From a virus (taxonomy: Duplodnaviria > Caudoviricetes), in the IMG/VR virus record IMGVR_UViG_3300013212_000088, positions 64,001-128,000 of that record: 64,000 bases of DNA; one strand, 5' to 3'. Under the pieces are notes generated by a model that searched no databases, was not told the origin of the DNA, and worked only from the letters and a program-made list of their open reading frames with translations. This document shows positions 24,201 to 34,811 of this stretch, piece after piece. A program made the translations under genes and the position numbers. Each line of letters opens with the position of its first letter. The stretch's first letter is position 1.

Positions 24201-27200
24201 GCGGTATCTGTAGGTGTTGGCGCAGCTTCAAAAAATACTTTAAAGAAGTAATCTAAAGTTGTATCATTATAAACTTCATCCCAAGATCCATCTAACTTAA
24301 AAGCTCTACCATTTGTGAATGGATTTGATAAATTGCTCAGTTTCCATTGAACAATAGAAATGCCTGATGCTGCTAAAGTCTCAGTTATTACTAATGCATA
24401 TGTAGTACCAGCAGTAGCAGTATATGCAAAATCAAATGTTACAAAACTAGAGTTGACTATATCTTCTGGATTGTAAATAGTACTCGAAACGGCAAGCTGA
24501 CTCAATGGCAGTCCTGAGCCATTTACAGAATAAATGTAAGCTCTTATTGTATTACCAGCAAATGATGTTGTGTATCTACTATCAGATGATAATTCTGTTT
24601 TGACTTTAAGATATACAGAGGCTTTAACTAGATCTGTTTGTCCAACTCCAACCTTAAATGTTTGAGCTAAAGAACCACTAGCAGTTAATGAAACACCTAA
24701 GTTAACATTATTGTTTGGTCTACTTGTAAATGAAACTGCGGGGGTAATTGATCCATTTTCAAAACCGGGCTCATACCAAGTGTCACCATCGTCAATACTG
24801 TACCAAAATCCATCTTCTGTAGCTGCTAACAAAACTTGATCAGATGTAATTGAGCTAGTGAAAACTTTTAAATCATATACCGCATAAGACGCTGAACTAA
24901 TTTTTTCACATCTCTCAAATGAGTTTCCCTCGTCTAAAGATCTATAGACTCCATTATTAGTGCCAATAAATATTTTTGATTTTCCAGGTTCAGTGCCACC
25001 TGGTGATGCTTCCGAATCTAAGGCATAACAATAGCAAGATATCCCAGATAGGTATTTATTTTCTATAATAAAATCTGGTGTAGCATCATCTGTCGGATCT
25101 AACCATCTCCAGTTTCTTACTTTTAAAACTCCATTGTTTGTAAGTATAAACATTGGAATTGGAGCTTTGGTTGATGGTGGAGTTGAAAGGGCTCTAAATA
25201 TTCTGTAATATTTGTAGTCTTCAACCTTTCCGCCAAACACCTCTCTGCCCTTTAAAAATGCAGTAAGATTAGTTCCAGAAGTTGCACCATTAGTAACAGC
25301 AAATAACCCATTTTCAGCACAAACATACAATGAATCAATTTCAGATTGTTTTGAATTACCTTGTGAATCAGTAGTAATCCTAATAAACTTATCTTGATAT
25401 AAACCGTTTACTCTCTTTTTATCTACTAAAGTAAGGTGGTCAGATTGGAATGCACTTGCTCCTTCCGGGGTCCATACAAATGATAATCCATCTTCCTTTC
25501 CAAAAGCTTCATAAGTTCCACTAAACCAACTTCCTCTTAAATAATCAAATTGAGGCTGGTTGAAAGTTATATCTTCTGTCCAGTTTGATGATGTTGTTCC
25601 ATACCATAAATTATTGTCAGTACCAGCATTTAAAGTTGATCCATTACTTTTGATGTAATAAACTCTTGAAGAATTACCTAAATCTGAAATCTGTTCCCAG
25701 CTATTTCCATAAACCCAAAGACCCTGATCAGTTCCAGCAAGCATGTTTGAGCCTGTAGCTGATGCATCATATATAGAATAAATAGATTTTGGATTATTTG
25801 CTTTATCGTTTTCTGTTGGTATTAATCCAATATAGTCATATGAAATTGAATTAGTGGTGTCAAATAAGGCACTTGCATCAACATCAGAAACTAATGTTAA
25901 GTTTTTAAGACCAGTTTCTTTTTCCACACTTTTTGCTGAAATTGTTGGGTATGGATCAAATGTAGTAGCATCATTCTTATATAGTTTTAAAGCTGCATGG
26001 GATGTATTAGCTACATCAACTGACTCATAATAGTAATGATGACCTGATTGTTTTAATGAAATAAAATCTTGAATACCAGCATACTTTTTCGTTCTGACTG
26101 CATAAACTTCAGTGTTAATTGGAAAAACAACTGAACTTGTTCTAGGAGTAATATTGTTTATGTATCTTTTATTTCTCTCATCGTAAACAATGCTAACAAT
26201 TACTTGCTCAGAAATTGCTGGTTTAACAGTGTTATTTCTAAACTCAAGAATATTCAGAGCTGTTTCAGTAATTGGTTTTTTAGTAAAGAATAAAGATTCA
26301 GAAGCAGAATTAGATTTACTTAAAAGAGTGAGTGGTGATGCATCCGCTACTAAATCCCTAATAGCTTCTTCATGATACGTTTCGCCAATATTTGTTAAAA
26401 AAGCTCCTTCTCTAATAATAGTAATATAAACACTATTTATTTGAGATGCTTTTAAACTTTGGACAAACTGTATTTTGCCCAAAGAAGGAGTTAAAATATA
26501 CGGAATAGTACTTGGATTCTTGCCAACGTAAACCACTACTTTAGCATTAGTATCTGACCAAGGATCTACATAAAAGACACCGTAGTCTCTTTCGTAAAAT
26601 AAGTTTTTACCATAGTCAGCAGTAGAATCCAATTGAATTAATTGATAAGGATAGTGTGTCGTAAAGTTATATTCTTGCACTAAGTCTTGAGCATTAAATA
26701 TTGAAACTTCATCCGTTTTTCTAAATGAAGTATATGGTCTTATCCATGGGTAATTGACACTAGCATTGGAATAATCAGAACTCCAAATGAAATCAGTAGA
26801 AATGTAAACCCCTCTGTTTGTTCCAGCATAAATTAAACCTAAACCAGAATCACTTGCTTCTTTTGAATAAACTGTATTAACTTCACCCTGTAATGCTGAT
26901 GACCAATATAGATTTCTTGATGTAGGGTTTATTCCAGGACCAGAAGCATCAGTAACCAATCCAATGCCTTTAGTGTGACCAATTAAATATTCATAAGATC
27001 CAGAAACATTTCGTTTTTCAACACTTGTAATTGTAGACCCCAAAGCTGCAGTAGAAAATATTTTATATCTATTAATTTTCCAATTCAGCTCAGTTGTTCC
27101 GTAAGTGACAGTTGATGTGTCTTTATCTAAAAACCAAATACTGTCTGAGTTTTGAGTACCATTTAGTACCTTAAAATTATCACCAGCAGTTGGGACAGAT

Positions 27201-30200
27201 GATACTCTTGATAAAATCCAGTTAGCGCTTGAACTACCTAAAGTGCTAACATAGTAAACACCATTATGTACAGAGCTAGATTGGTTCTTAACTAAAACGG
27301 TTTGCCCAACTCCAGTGCTTGCAAAAGAATATCCATCAACAGAAAATGCAGTATTAGGATATCTAATTATATATGTCGTTGATGCTGTTGAACTTCCTGA
27401 GTAGTTGCTTGATAAGTATAATCCAGCATCACTATTGATTGAATTGATGTTGTACCAAGTAGAAACCAAAGATCCTAAAGTAGCTCCAATACCAATACTA
27501 GCTCCAGTACCAGAATATATTAAAAAGCTTGTACCTGTACCTGTAATTGAAGTAGATCCATTTGATGCTGAAATAGTACCTAATGTATATTCATCATATG
27601 GATTAAATGTCAGAATATGGGGTGAAGAAGCAGTACTATAATTTGCTGATAATTTAGATACTGTGGCTGCTTTGACTGGGGTAGATGTAATAGTACCAAA
27701 AAGTGGATGTTCCCAATAAGTAGTAGAAGTCGTACCATCATCAGTTTCAACATATCTTGCTGAGTGTGAAATATAGGCATTCTGTTCTGTCCACCAAATT
27801 AAATCATTATTATTGATATTATTAGTGCCATTTTCAATCCAATATATTCCTTTAACACCTTCATTAAATACTCTAGTAATTAAACCGGAATTACCATAAA
27901 AAAGCCCTGTATTTCCAGAAGAAGCAGCAACATACAAAGTTCTATCATAGGTAATCTTTAATGATCCTTCTTTCTTTTCTGTTCTTCTAGTTGATATTTC
28001 TTTAATGTCTGAGATTGGCTTGACGTAGCTTAAAGTACTGCCATTTTCATCATAAATAGATTTTACTTTTGACCATGTCCAATCGTTTTCAGTCATTTTA
28101 TCTGCTATGACTGCTGTGTAAAGTCCATCATCTGTACCATTGTAAGAATAATATGTGTAATTATATTTCCCAGTAAATCTACCAGCTTTGTCATACATTT
28201 CTTCTCTATCTGAAGAAATGTAGAATGAGGTAGTCTTGATAGCTGGTATTGTTGAATCTATAGGATTTTTAACTACGGTCCAATTATCACCAAAGTCTAC
28301 AGTAGTCCAAATCCTGCCTTCTTTAGTAAGCGCATATGCTGTCTTAAAATAATTAACATTTTCTGGTCTTAAAATGTTATCAATAAAGTATTTAACTTGT
28401 CCTCTATCAATATTCCACCCAGTTAAATATGACCCAGTTGAAAGATCTGTAGACGATAAAAAGCCTCTTTTGTTTCCAGCCAAATATTTAGTTGTTTCTA
28501 CATTTAGAGATTTATCAATATAAAATATTTCAGAGGTGTTTTGTAAATCAGAAGATGGTATTTCAGTATAGAAGTATGTATGATTTCCTTCTGCAAATAA
28601 ACTTTTTGATGGAATTAAAGATGCATTTTCCTTATATCTATTTAAACCAATGTGATCTAAATTATATATTCTTTTTGGATCAAGAGTGCCAGAATTAAAA
28701 GAAGAAGCATTGATATCTTTTAATCTTTTTCCAGATAATTTGTCATCAATTTCTCTACCTACAGCTTCAATAACAACACTTACATCAGAATAATCAAAAG
28801 TCTCTAAATCAATTAAAGAAGATTTGAAAGAAAGCTCCGCAGAAAATGGTTTAATTTCGTAATAATCACTGTCTATGAGAGTGTCATTTATATAAACTGA
28901 AGCTGGTAAATAATCTGCATTTGACCATATAGTTCTATTGTAATATGTGGTTTTTGTATTAGTATTTGAATCTGTAACTGTTGTAGTACTACCATCAGAC
29001 AAATAAATACTATAACCAGCAACAATATTTCCAGTTAATAAAGAACCATAAGATTTATTTGTAGAATTAAGACTGATGGCTTGCAATGCTTTTTGAGGAG
29101 ACTTTGGCAAAAATATCTGAAGCTTATCAGTGGAAAGTATGTTATTTTTAAGTGAAAGGCGTGATGAGGATAAGTTTAAACTATATTGAGATGTGTCTAA
29201 TTTCACATCATTAAGTCTTACTTCAGGTATCCCATAAAATCCAATTGTCTTTCCAGTTCCAGAAGAAGTGGAAGTTGGTTTGAAATTATTATTTGATTGA
29301 ATGACAAAGATATTTGAAGCATAATTTAAAGAACCATTTGATTCTATTGGTAGAGCGTCTAGAACGACTCTTGTAGACAAATCTATTTTTGATGGATTGT
29401 TCTCTCCTCCAGCATGAACGTGCTTGTAAAAACTCTTTCTTAAAGCTTTTTGAAATGAACCAGAAAAGTTTTTTAAGTCATTTCTACTATCAGAATAAAT
29501 AATTTCATCAACCACATATGTATCGAGCTGAATAGAATAATCTGAATCAACTTTATTGAATGTACTAACTTCGGCTAAATAAATTGCATCGTTTTGTAAA
29601 TAGTATTCATCGTCAGGAATTGAAGGTGATGTAATGGCGCAAATACCTTCAGATTGTAAACAAATACTTGGCTCTGCCCATACATAATAAGTATTGTTTC
29701 CAGTATATCTAAAGTAATTATATTTTAAGGTTTTTGCAGAGAAAGTGCTGACAATTCCGTTGCCAGGTGTGACTAAAACACACTGCTCAAACGCATTAAT
29801 AAAATAAAGGTTTGAAGTTCCTAAAATAAAACTTGTTTCAACTCCAGCTGCCTTCCAAGATGCAAGCCATAAAGTTTGCTTGTAATTATTTCCAGTCTTA
29901 ACATAAACAAGAAAATTTGAATTAAAATCACTATTATTGTTAAGTTCGGAAGCTCTAGCCCATGCAGAAGCGCTAACTACATAAACACCATTTTGGCTTT
30001 CATCACTTTGCAATCTAACTAAAACTCTATCTCCAACAATGCAACTTATGCCGTCTATTGTTTGAGTGCCAGAAAGTGTAATATTTCCAGTTGTTGCAGC
30101 TACACAATATCTTTTTTGTGCAGAAGTTTCACGAGTAAAATTAAGATTTAAATATGTAAGTCTTTGGCCTAATTCGCTCTCAAAGTTTTCTAAATAAGCA

Positions 30201-30400
30201 TCAATTAACAGTAGCTGATTTTCTCTATAATCAGATAACTTATATACATCCCAGCCTTCGATAATTCCAGGACCAACAAACTTAAACATAGCTTCCAGCT
30301 GATTTTCAGCAGTGAGCATATTTTCTTTGTCAAAACCTGGATACCATTTATCTCCATACTGAAGATAAAGGTAGTTATATATATTTGTTCGTTGAGCCAT
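21230..30400 (-). CDS. Giant multidomain tail fibre/baseplate protein (3056 aa)
   Basis: HxHxGGxNNPS motif, two TIDG-type fibre modules, Asp-box beta-propellers, a vWA domain with DDSTS, repeated small beta domains and two C-terminal Ig-like repeats. Confidence 0.75.
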   Translation of the reverse strand: MAQRTNIYNYLYLQYGDKWYPGFDKENMLTAENQLEAMFKFVGPGIIEGWDVYKLSDYRENQLLLIDAYLENFESELGQRLTYLNLNFTRETSAQKRYCVAATTGNITLSGTQTIDGISCIVGDRVLVRLQSDESQNGVYVVSASAWARASELNNNSDFNSNFLVYVKTGNNYKQTLWLASWKAAGVETSFILGTSNLYFINAFEQCVLVTPGNGIVSTFSAKTLKYNYFRYTGNNTYYVWAEPSICLQSEGICAITSPSIPDDEYYLQNDAIYLAEVSTFNKVDSDYSIQLDTYVVDEIIYSDSRNDLKNFSGSFQKALRKSFYKHVHAGGENNPSKIDLSTRVVLDALPIESNGSLNYASNIFVIQSNNNFKPTSTSSGTGKTIGFYGIPEVRLNDVKLDTSQYSLNLSSSRLSLKNNILSTDKLQIFLPKSPQKALQAISLNSTNKSYGSLLTGNIVAGYSIYLSDGSTTTVTDSNTNTKTTYYNRTIWSNADYLPASVYINDTLIDSDYYEIKPFSAELSFKSSLIDLETFDYSDVSVVIEAVGREIDDKLSGKRLKDINASSFNSGTLDPKRIYNLDHIGLNRYKENASLIPSKSLFAEGNHTYFYTEIPSSDLQNTSEIFYIDKSLNVETTKYLAGNKRGFLSSTDLSTGSYLTGWNIDRGQVKYFIDNILRPENVNYFKTAYALTKEGRIWTTVDFGDNWTVVKNPIDSTIPAIKTTSFYISSDREEMYDKAGRFTGKYNYTYYSYNGTDDGLYTAVIADKMTENDWTWSKVKSIYDENGSTLSYVKPISDIKEISTRRTEKKEGSLKITYDRTLYVAASSGNTGLFYGNSGLITRVFNEGVKGIYWIENGTNNINNNDLIWWTEQNAYISHSARYVETDDGTTSTTYWEHPLFGTITSTPVKAATVSKLSANYSTASSPHILTFNPYDEYTLGTISASNGSTSITGTGTSFLIYSGTGASIGIGATLGSLVSTWYNINSINSDAGLYLSSNYSGSSTASTTYIIRYPNTAFSVDGYSFASTGVGQTVLVKNQSSSVHNGVYYVSTLGSSSANWILSRVSSVPTAGDNFKVLNGTQNSDSIWFLDKDTSTVTYGTTELNWKINRYKIFSTAALGSTITSVEKRNVSGSYEYLIGHTKGIGLVTDASGPGINPTSRNLYWSSALQGEVNTVYSKEASDSGLGLIYAGTNRGVYISTDFIWSSDYSNASVNYPWIRPYTSFRKTDEVSIFNAQDLVQEYNFTTHYPYQLIQLDSTADYGKNLFYERDYGVFYVDPWSDTNAKVVVYVGKNPSTIPYILTPSLGKIQFVQSLKASQINSVYITIIREGAFLTNIGETYHEEAIRDLVADASPLTLLSKSNSASESLFFTKKPITETALNILEFRNNTVKPAISEQVIVSIVYDERNKRYINNITPRTSSVVFPINTEVYAVRTKKYAGIQDFISLKQSGHHYYYESVDVANTSHAALKLYKNDATTFDPYPTISAKSVEKETGLKNLTLVSDVDASALFDTTNSISYDYIGLIPTENDKANNPKSIYSIYDASATGSNMLAGTDQGLWVYGNSWEQISDLGNSSRVYYIKSNGSTLNAGTDNNLWYGTTSSNWTEDITFNQPQFDYLRGSWFSGTYEAFGKEDGLSFVWTPEGASAFQSDHLTLVDKKRVNGLYQDKFIRITTDSQGNSKQSEIDSLYVCAENGLFAVTNGATSGTNLTAFLKGREVFGGKVEDYKYYRIFRALSTPPSTKAPIPMFILTNNGVLKVRNWRWLDPTDDATPDFIIENKYLSGISCYCYALDSEASPGGTEPGKSKIFIGTNNGVYRSLDEGNSFERCEKISSASYAVYDLKVFTSSITSDQVLLAATEDGFWYSIDDGDTWYEPGFENGSITPAVSFTSRPNNNVNLGVSLTASGSLAQTFKVGVGQTDLVKASVYLKVKTELSSDSRYTTSFAGNTIRAYIYSVNGSGLPLSQLAVSSTIYNPEDIVNSSFVTFDFAYTATAGTTYALVITETLAASGISIVQWKLSNLSNPFTNGRAFKLDGSWDEVYNDTTLDYFFKVFFEAAPTPTDTAIPVGAYYSGSGATSFDWANGAGAGVLVKDIGHLTTDLKFATSLVFDDSTSIKSSFGSTQYVYTIKDFFDTFITRNKKYVAGIGTTLFTTYFDFWQYGSSVTQKTTGYESSQTELNTNLLSLKQKGTKSELIEAVALSIVGLSPQSISESILKSNDETNNVSRVNLIVGYLTQIAALGLDSLRNWYKTSSDKQVTLGPWAGSAVTNPIVYLSKSSTGSTYKWSSSTYPDVEVVVSGVTRTTNYTVSPTNGSVVFASGYGVTSGDSLEVYLRQDWDGSSSDIKNSDTARTELIRKWSETYKPLSMVFADGDNISTDLTSDVVTTAQTSWLETGVNINSFGFGRANDQRELQTLSIDTDGNYFDILNGADNGDLENSLNSFLHGQANDLYTASWTRDFEYTDPTYIKELRSSYSAASGSTCSVQFRWSSNRKDYSTWITLNSGVGYTFRKQITNLEYKVNMTEGYSAGATVRPVVTSLYHVETSPSERYYFTDAYDIKGSIFEYNLTSNSTVPDTSKLQWGICRGDSTDWADYELIFTNRNGCLSNRQKTFQYLDQVIYNSENGLLLQDTTGLDEQGAPVTPQIFQTYLNGTKFKNWRSDAVITLTLASGDIISPITYKTDYKLGTITFEIPLFELPTVEIVYPELQNFYEGEPTTTVDNRTFFAVNGRWSADSQLVVLKNGVINRGNYFVNREDGAVTFVQELERTDIVTLFILPSNKFRIGLLVQDYDDAVANTYDFALQYSVVKNRNVFSSYLNSTLPNLTGKPKIISMSSIGSSISVLERMILDYEYNSPDGNRERNTQTKWFRYREVSGSGTTVEVFTTNSLPNYRNRTVQRLEDLDEANNYFLAGDVIYAEVSPSDGFKTGIAVTSTSVILAGNYVPYASNIVLTSNDPTKPITLDSSTLIYSMSVGPNIVLSYDYYDGSSGSPTTINNQTALAWFDKDKQISISEPNTTLDASLFAKGSQISVSLLPSNGANTGLKVFSYQVQIV

Positions 30401-30402
30401 AA

Positions 30403-33400
30403 TTACAATTCGGGCATAAAGTTCATATCTTCATCACCAGCATCAAGTTGAACAGCAAAGTCATAGACAATTGAAGGATCGCCGTCTATAGATGTTAACA
30501 GGATAGCAAACTTGATTGTGGAAGATGGTGATTCAAGTTCAAATGACTTGTTAGGTTCGATGATTGTGTATCTTGCAAAATCATACTTATAACCATCTCT
30601 GTCATCAGTTGTATACCCATAAACAATTTCTCCATCCTTCTTATCTTGGTTTGATGTCAACAAGCCTCTTCTAAATGTAGGTACAGGAGATGTTGTACTG
30701 TAATCTGTAGAATCAAATGTCTTGGTAAAGAAATATGATCCTGTTGCTGCTGAATAAGAAACCGTAACTGCTAAGACTTCAGGTGAGTCACCTTGAGTTG
30801 CAGTTACAAGCTCAAGATAGAATTGTAAGAACTTACCACTGTAGGCCTGTAGATCAATGGATAAAGTCTCTGCAGAAGCTGGAGCTGTGGAATTATTGAT
30901 GTATGATTTAGAATAAGCACTGGACCAATCTGCAAGCAAACATGCAGCAGAAGAATCTGCTGTTCTAACATATACATTAACCTCAGTTCCAGCATCTAAA
31001 CCCAAAGCAGAGTTTAGATTATATTTATTCAAAACAAGTACTGACATTGTGTCCCATCTTGTCAAAGTTGGAACATAGAATGGTCTACTTACATAATTAC
31101 CTGTAGATCTAACCCTTCTCTTAGGTGAGTAAATCGTGTCTAAAGTGCCGGATTTATAAGTTATAGGATCAACTGTAGAACTCATTGCTGGTTTGACTTG
31201 ATAAATGACTGTTGTAGTTTTGGTTGTAGTTGTTCCGCCACCACCGTCTGCAGGGTTGATATTTAATGTTCCAGTATAGACTTCATCGCTAAGTGTTGCA
31301 GTGACTATAGTGCTTGTTACTGTACTAGCAATAGTAGTTGGCACAGTAATTGTAAATGGATCTGAAGACCTAAATCCAGCAGCCACAGTAACACTTGTAA
31401 CTGCTGATGTTGAATTGCCATCTGTAGTGATTGTGAATACTGATGTTGTTGCTTTTGCTTCTGCAATAGTCAAAACTGCTTGAGAAGTATTGCCAGCTGT
31501 AATTTTTACTGGAGTGAAGGTAATTTTTCCAGTTCCTATTATAATATCATCTTCACCTCCTTGTTCTTCAGCGCCAAGGATAATAAAGTCATCTAGCGAA
31601 GCATACGGAATACTACCGTCCTCAAGTTGGTAATTATGATAGTTGCCAGCTTCATCTTTCAATCTTACATAAGTATACTTTTTATTACTTTCATAAAAAT
31701 AAGGACTGAATGTGTAAGAAAAACCATCTAAAGAAGACCCAACATAATTGTTAACTACATTGGAAATTGATGTAATATTTGTTGGTCTATAAATTGCCGT
31801 ATTTGGTACTACGTCCATAGACCCAAAATCTGTTGCATTATCCTTCCATAGTAAACTAAATGTAGGGGTTATGCCTCCAGATATTTCCTTGACAGCTAAT
31901 TCCAATTTAATTTTATATAATTGTTCTTCAACAAACTCTACTGTGCTAGTAGAATAATAATCAGTAGTAGTATTTGTAGTAATATTGTTTTGAGTAGTCC
32001 ATAATGACGCTGGTGTCAATACATTTTCATCAATAGTCAATCTAGCCGGTGAATTTGTTTTAAGAAGAAACTGATAGTTTGTAGTATCAGGAGACTTAAT
32101 CAAAAAATCTAAAGTAGCAGTGTAATACGATGAACCTATTCCAGAAGGCTTAAGCGTATTAAAATTAATAGTGCTCAATGAACTTTGAAGTGTTTGTCTT
32201 TGGATTAAAGAAAAATCTCTGTCATTTTTATAATCAGTTGAGCCTGCTGCAGCAAATTGTTTATAGGTTAAGTTAGAATAGTTTTCAGTATTTTTTGGGA
32301 ATGCACCCTCGTACCATATATCTAAGTTTTTGACATAAACATGGAAACTGTCAGATAAAGAAACAAACAGAAACTTACCTGAAGTATCATCACTAATATT
32401 AACAATTTTAGAATCAGTACCAAACTCATTTAAAGAAACCCATGAAGAAGGGTTTGAATTAGAATCATATGTAAGTTTGTATACTGTACCATTACTAAAT
32501 CCAGCAACAATTGTGTCAAGGGCTGTAGAGTAAACCATTGATAGAGTTTCATCAAATCCAGAAGGGTTGTCTATATTGTTTATGTCTGCTCCATCAAAAG
32601 TGTAAACATTTCCATCAGCACTACCAGAAAGTCCAGATGTTGCAATATAAAGTAAACCCTTGTTGGTAGCTAAAAGTGAAACTTTATTTTCAGTAAATGA
32701 ATTAGAAACTAGAATAATTCTTTTATCTTGATACTTATATAGAGAAGCATTTTTTGACGTTGTTTTTTTAGTGCCAATATATAAAGAACCAGCATGAGAA
32801 ATCAGTGCTGTAATAGGCGGTAATAAAACTCGAGTTGAAGTGTCTAATGGATTTTTAGTGTTAACAATTGTCCAGTAGTCTCCTCTGGAAGATTGTAATA
32901 AATATCCCAATCTTGTTCCAGCATAGATGATAGAGTTATGAACAGTAGTACATAAAATAGTATCTCCAGCAGCTAAAGATGTATTGATTGCATTCCTTAT
33001 TAGTGATCCTTGAGAAACATTTATTTCATTATCACCAAAAATAGCAGCCTGGTTTGATGATGGTGAAGTAAATAGCTTAGGCTGACCAAAAGTGATTCCT
33101 GAATGCTTTTGCCATAATCCAGCTTCGTTTGTTACATTCCAATTGTAAACTGTAGAACCTTCGGTAAAAGGTGCCCAACCTCTAGGATTAGACCCTGTGA
33201 AGTCATCAGCATCTCTAAAATCAGAAAAATGAGAAACTTGAACTTCAGTTACATCAGACCAATCATCAATACCCGCAATAGTTAAAGTTCCACCAGTTCT
33301 TTGAAGAGTGTTGTAGTCACCCTTGTATACAACTCTAATATTTGAGAGCCTTGTAGATGTAGTGAACTTGTACCTAATAAAATCAATGGTTGTAATATCT

Positions 33401-34806
33401 GATACATTTATAAATAATGTTTGCCACTTAGCTGTAGGAGCTGTTTTAATTTCAACACTATAATTTTTAGAGACAGAAGAAGTTACACCAATATCTATCG
33501 CACTGACCAAAGGATATAGATAAGTTTGACTATCTGGAGTAAAATACATATTCAAAATATATGCATCTTCAGAACCTATTCTTTCGTATTTTGATATATT
33601 TGAAGAACCACCAAAGTTAGTAGCCTCATAAAGATTTTTACCCAAAATGTCTTGTGCCATAATGGTATTAGAAATAGCTGAACCATCTTTGAATGAGCTT
33701 ACAAAACCAAGATAACCTACTTGTTTAGCTGTTAGTCTTCTCCAAACACTACTTTCAAAAACTGCATAACTATAATCATCACTTGCCTTTACTGGTATTT
33801 TTATGTTGCCAGCAGAAGTGACACCAGACTTTATAATTGTTTCAAATGACAAAACTACCCAATAAATAGTTTGTGCATCTAAAGTTACGGGCAAAGCTGG
33901 AGTAATTGTAAAGTCTTGATATGAAGCACTTAATTGATCATATTGAATAAATCCAATATCTTTAATTTTATTATTTGGAATATCGCCAGTAGTATTAGAG
34001 TAAAGCGAGATTGTAACTCTACCTGCAGTATTACCAATTGCAGGATCAGAGCCAGTTTGAGTATATTTTATCCTTAAAATGAATGACTTAACTACTTGAC
34101 TGGTGCTAGATAAAAATTGCCAACCTTCCAAGGATGCTGAAGTAAGTAGTAAAGTTCTATCTGAAAAACCGCTTGTGCTAGTATCTACAGGGGCATAAGC
34201 TGAAAATGTTCTTACTTCAATTCCATCATCTGAATTGATTTTGTCATTTATAATAATAAGTCCATCTGGCGGTGTAGTATCCAATATAACTTCAGCGGAT
34301 GGATATGCTAATTCTCTTTTGAATAAATCAGTGTCATCAGTAAAAAATGTATTAGTATTACCAATATTTTGTTCGCCAGAATCTAACGCATTATTCCAGT
34401 TAACAGCATCAAAATAAAGTGGATCATATTCACTTACATTATTAGTAATATCAATTGCATTAAAGCTACTTACTGCTGTTGTATCTGTGTCTGTTAAATT
34501 ACCACTAAAATATTTTATAGATACAGTGTCATCAGAATTAATTTTTACATAAGTTTTAAGTTTTATGGTTGATTGTTCTACTTCAGTTCCAGTAGGGTTT
34601 AAAACTGTTGCAGATTTAACGCTTACAATTACATCATTAACATAAATATGAAACCCGGTTACTCCCGTAGATGGAAGTAATGGCAAGGTTACAATACCAG
34701 ATAAAGCTACATAAATTGTATATCCATCTGAAAGCACATAGGTATTACTTGTATCTAATGCTACTGTAAATGCCTTAAAATCTTGACTTGGGTTATTATC
34801 TTCCAT
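30403..34806 (-). CDS. Large virion adhesin-like protein (beta-propeller, PA14-like and Ig-like domains)
   Basis: Propeller repeats (IYAGT, LYIGT, LYIAT), a PA14-like YQFLLKTNSPARLTID...YKIKLEL...LLW segment, and Ig-like pieces. Confidence 0.65.
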   Translation of the reverse strand: MEDNNPSQDFKAFTVALDTSNTYVLSDGYTIYVALSGIVTLPLLPSTGVTGFHIYVNDVIVSVKSATVLNPTGTEVEQSTIKLKTYVKINSDDTVSIKYFSGNLTDTDTTAVSSFNAIDITNNVSEYDPLYFDAVNWNNALDSGEQNIGNTNTFFTDDTDLFKRELAYPSAEVILDTTPPDGLIIINDKINSDDGIEVRTFSAYAPVDTSTSGFSDRTLLLTSASLEGWQFLSSTSQVVKSFILRIKYTQTGSDPAIGNTAGRVTISLYSNTTGDIPNNKIKDIGFIQYDQLSASYQDFTITPALPVTLDAQTIYWVVLSFETIIKSGVTSAGNIKIPVKASDDYSYAVFESSVWRRLTAKQVGYLGFVSSFKDGSAISNTIMAQDILGKNLYEATNFGGSSNISKYERIGSEDAYILNMYFTPDSQTYLYPLVSAIDIGVTSSVSKNYSVEIKTAPTAKWQTLFINVSDITTIDFIRYKFTTSTRLSNIRVVYKGDYNTLQRTGGTLTIAGIDDWSDVTEVQVSHFSDFRDADDFTGSNPRGWAPFTEGSTVYNWNVTNEAGLWQKHSGITFGQPKLFTSPSSNQAAIFGDNEINVSQGSLIRNAINTSLAAGDTILCTTVHNSIIYAGTRLGYLLQSSRGDYWTIVNTKNPLDTSTRVLLPPITALISHAGSLYIGTKKTTSKNASLYKYQDKRIILVSNSFTENKVSLLATNKGLLYIATSGLSGSADGNVYTFDGADINNIDNPSGFDETLSMVYSTALDTIVAGFSNGTVYKLTYDSNSNPSSWVSLNEFGTDSKIVNISDDTSGKFLFVSLSDSFHVYVKNLDIWYEGAFPKNTENYSNLTYKQFAAAGSTDYKNDRDFSLIQRQTLQSSLSTINFNTLKPSGIGSSYYTATLDFLIKSPDTTNYQFLLKTNSPARLTIDENVLTPASLWTTQNNITTNTTTDYYSTSTVEFVEEQLYKIKLELAVKEISGGITPTFSLLWKDNATDFGSMDVVPNTAIYRPTNITSISNVVNNYVGSSLDGFSYTFSPYFYESNKKYTYVRLKDEAGNYHNYQLEDGSIPYASLDDFIILGAEEQGGEDDIIIGTGKITFTPVKITAGNTSQAVLTIAEAKATTSVFTITTDGNSTSAVTSVTVAAGFRSSDPFTITVPTTIASTVTSTIVTATLSDEVYTGTLNINPADGGGGTTTTKTTTVIYQVKPAMSSTVDPITYKSGTLDTIYSPKRRVRSTGNYVSRPFYVPTLTRWDTMSVLVLNKYNLNSALGLDAGTEVNVYVRTADSSAACLLADWSSAYSKSYINNSTAPASAETLSIDLQAYSGKFLQFYLELVTATQGDSPEVLAVTVSYSAATGSYFFTKTFDSTDYSTTSPVPTFRRGLLTSNQDKKDGEIVYGYTTDDRDGYKYDFARYTIIEPNKSFELESPSSTIKFAILLTSIDGDPSIVYDFAVQLDAGDEDMNFMPEL

Positions 34807-34811
34807 TATGC

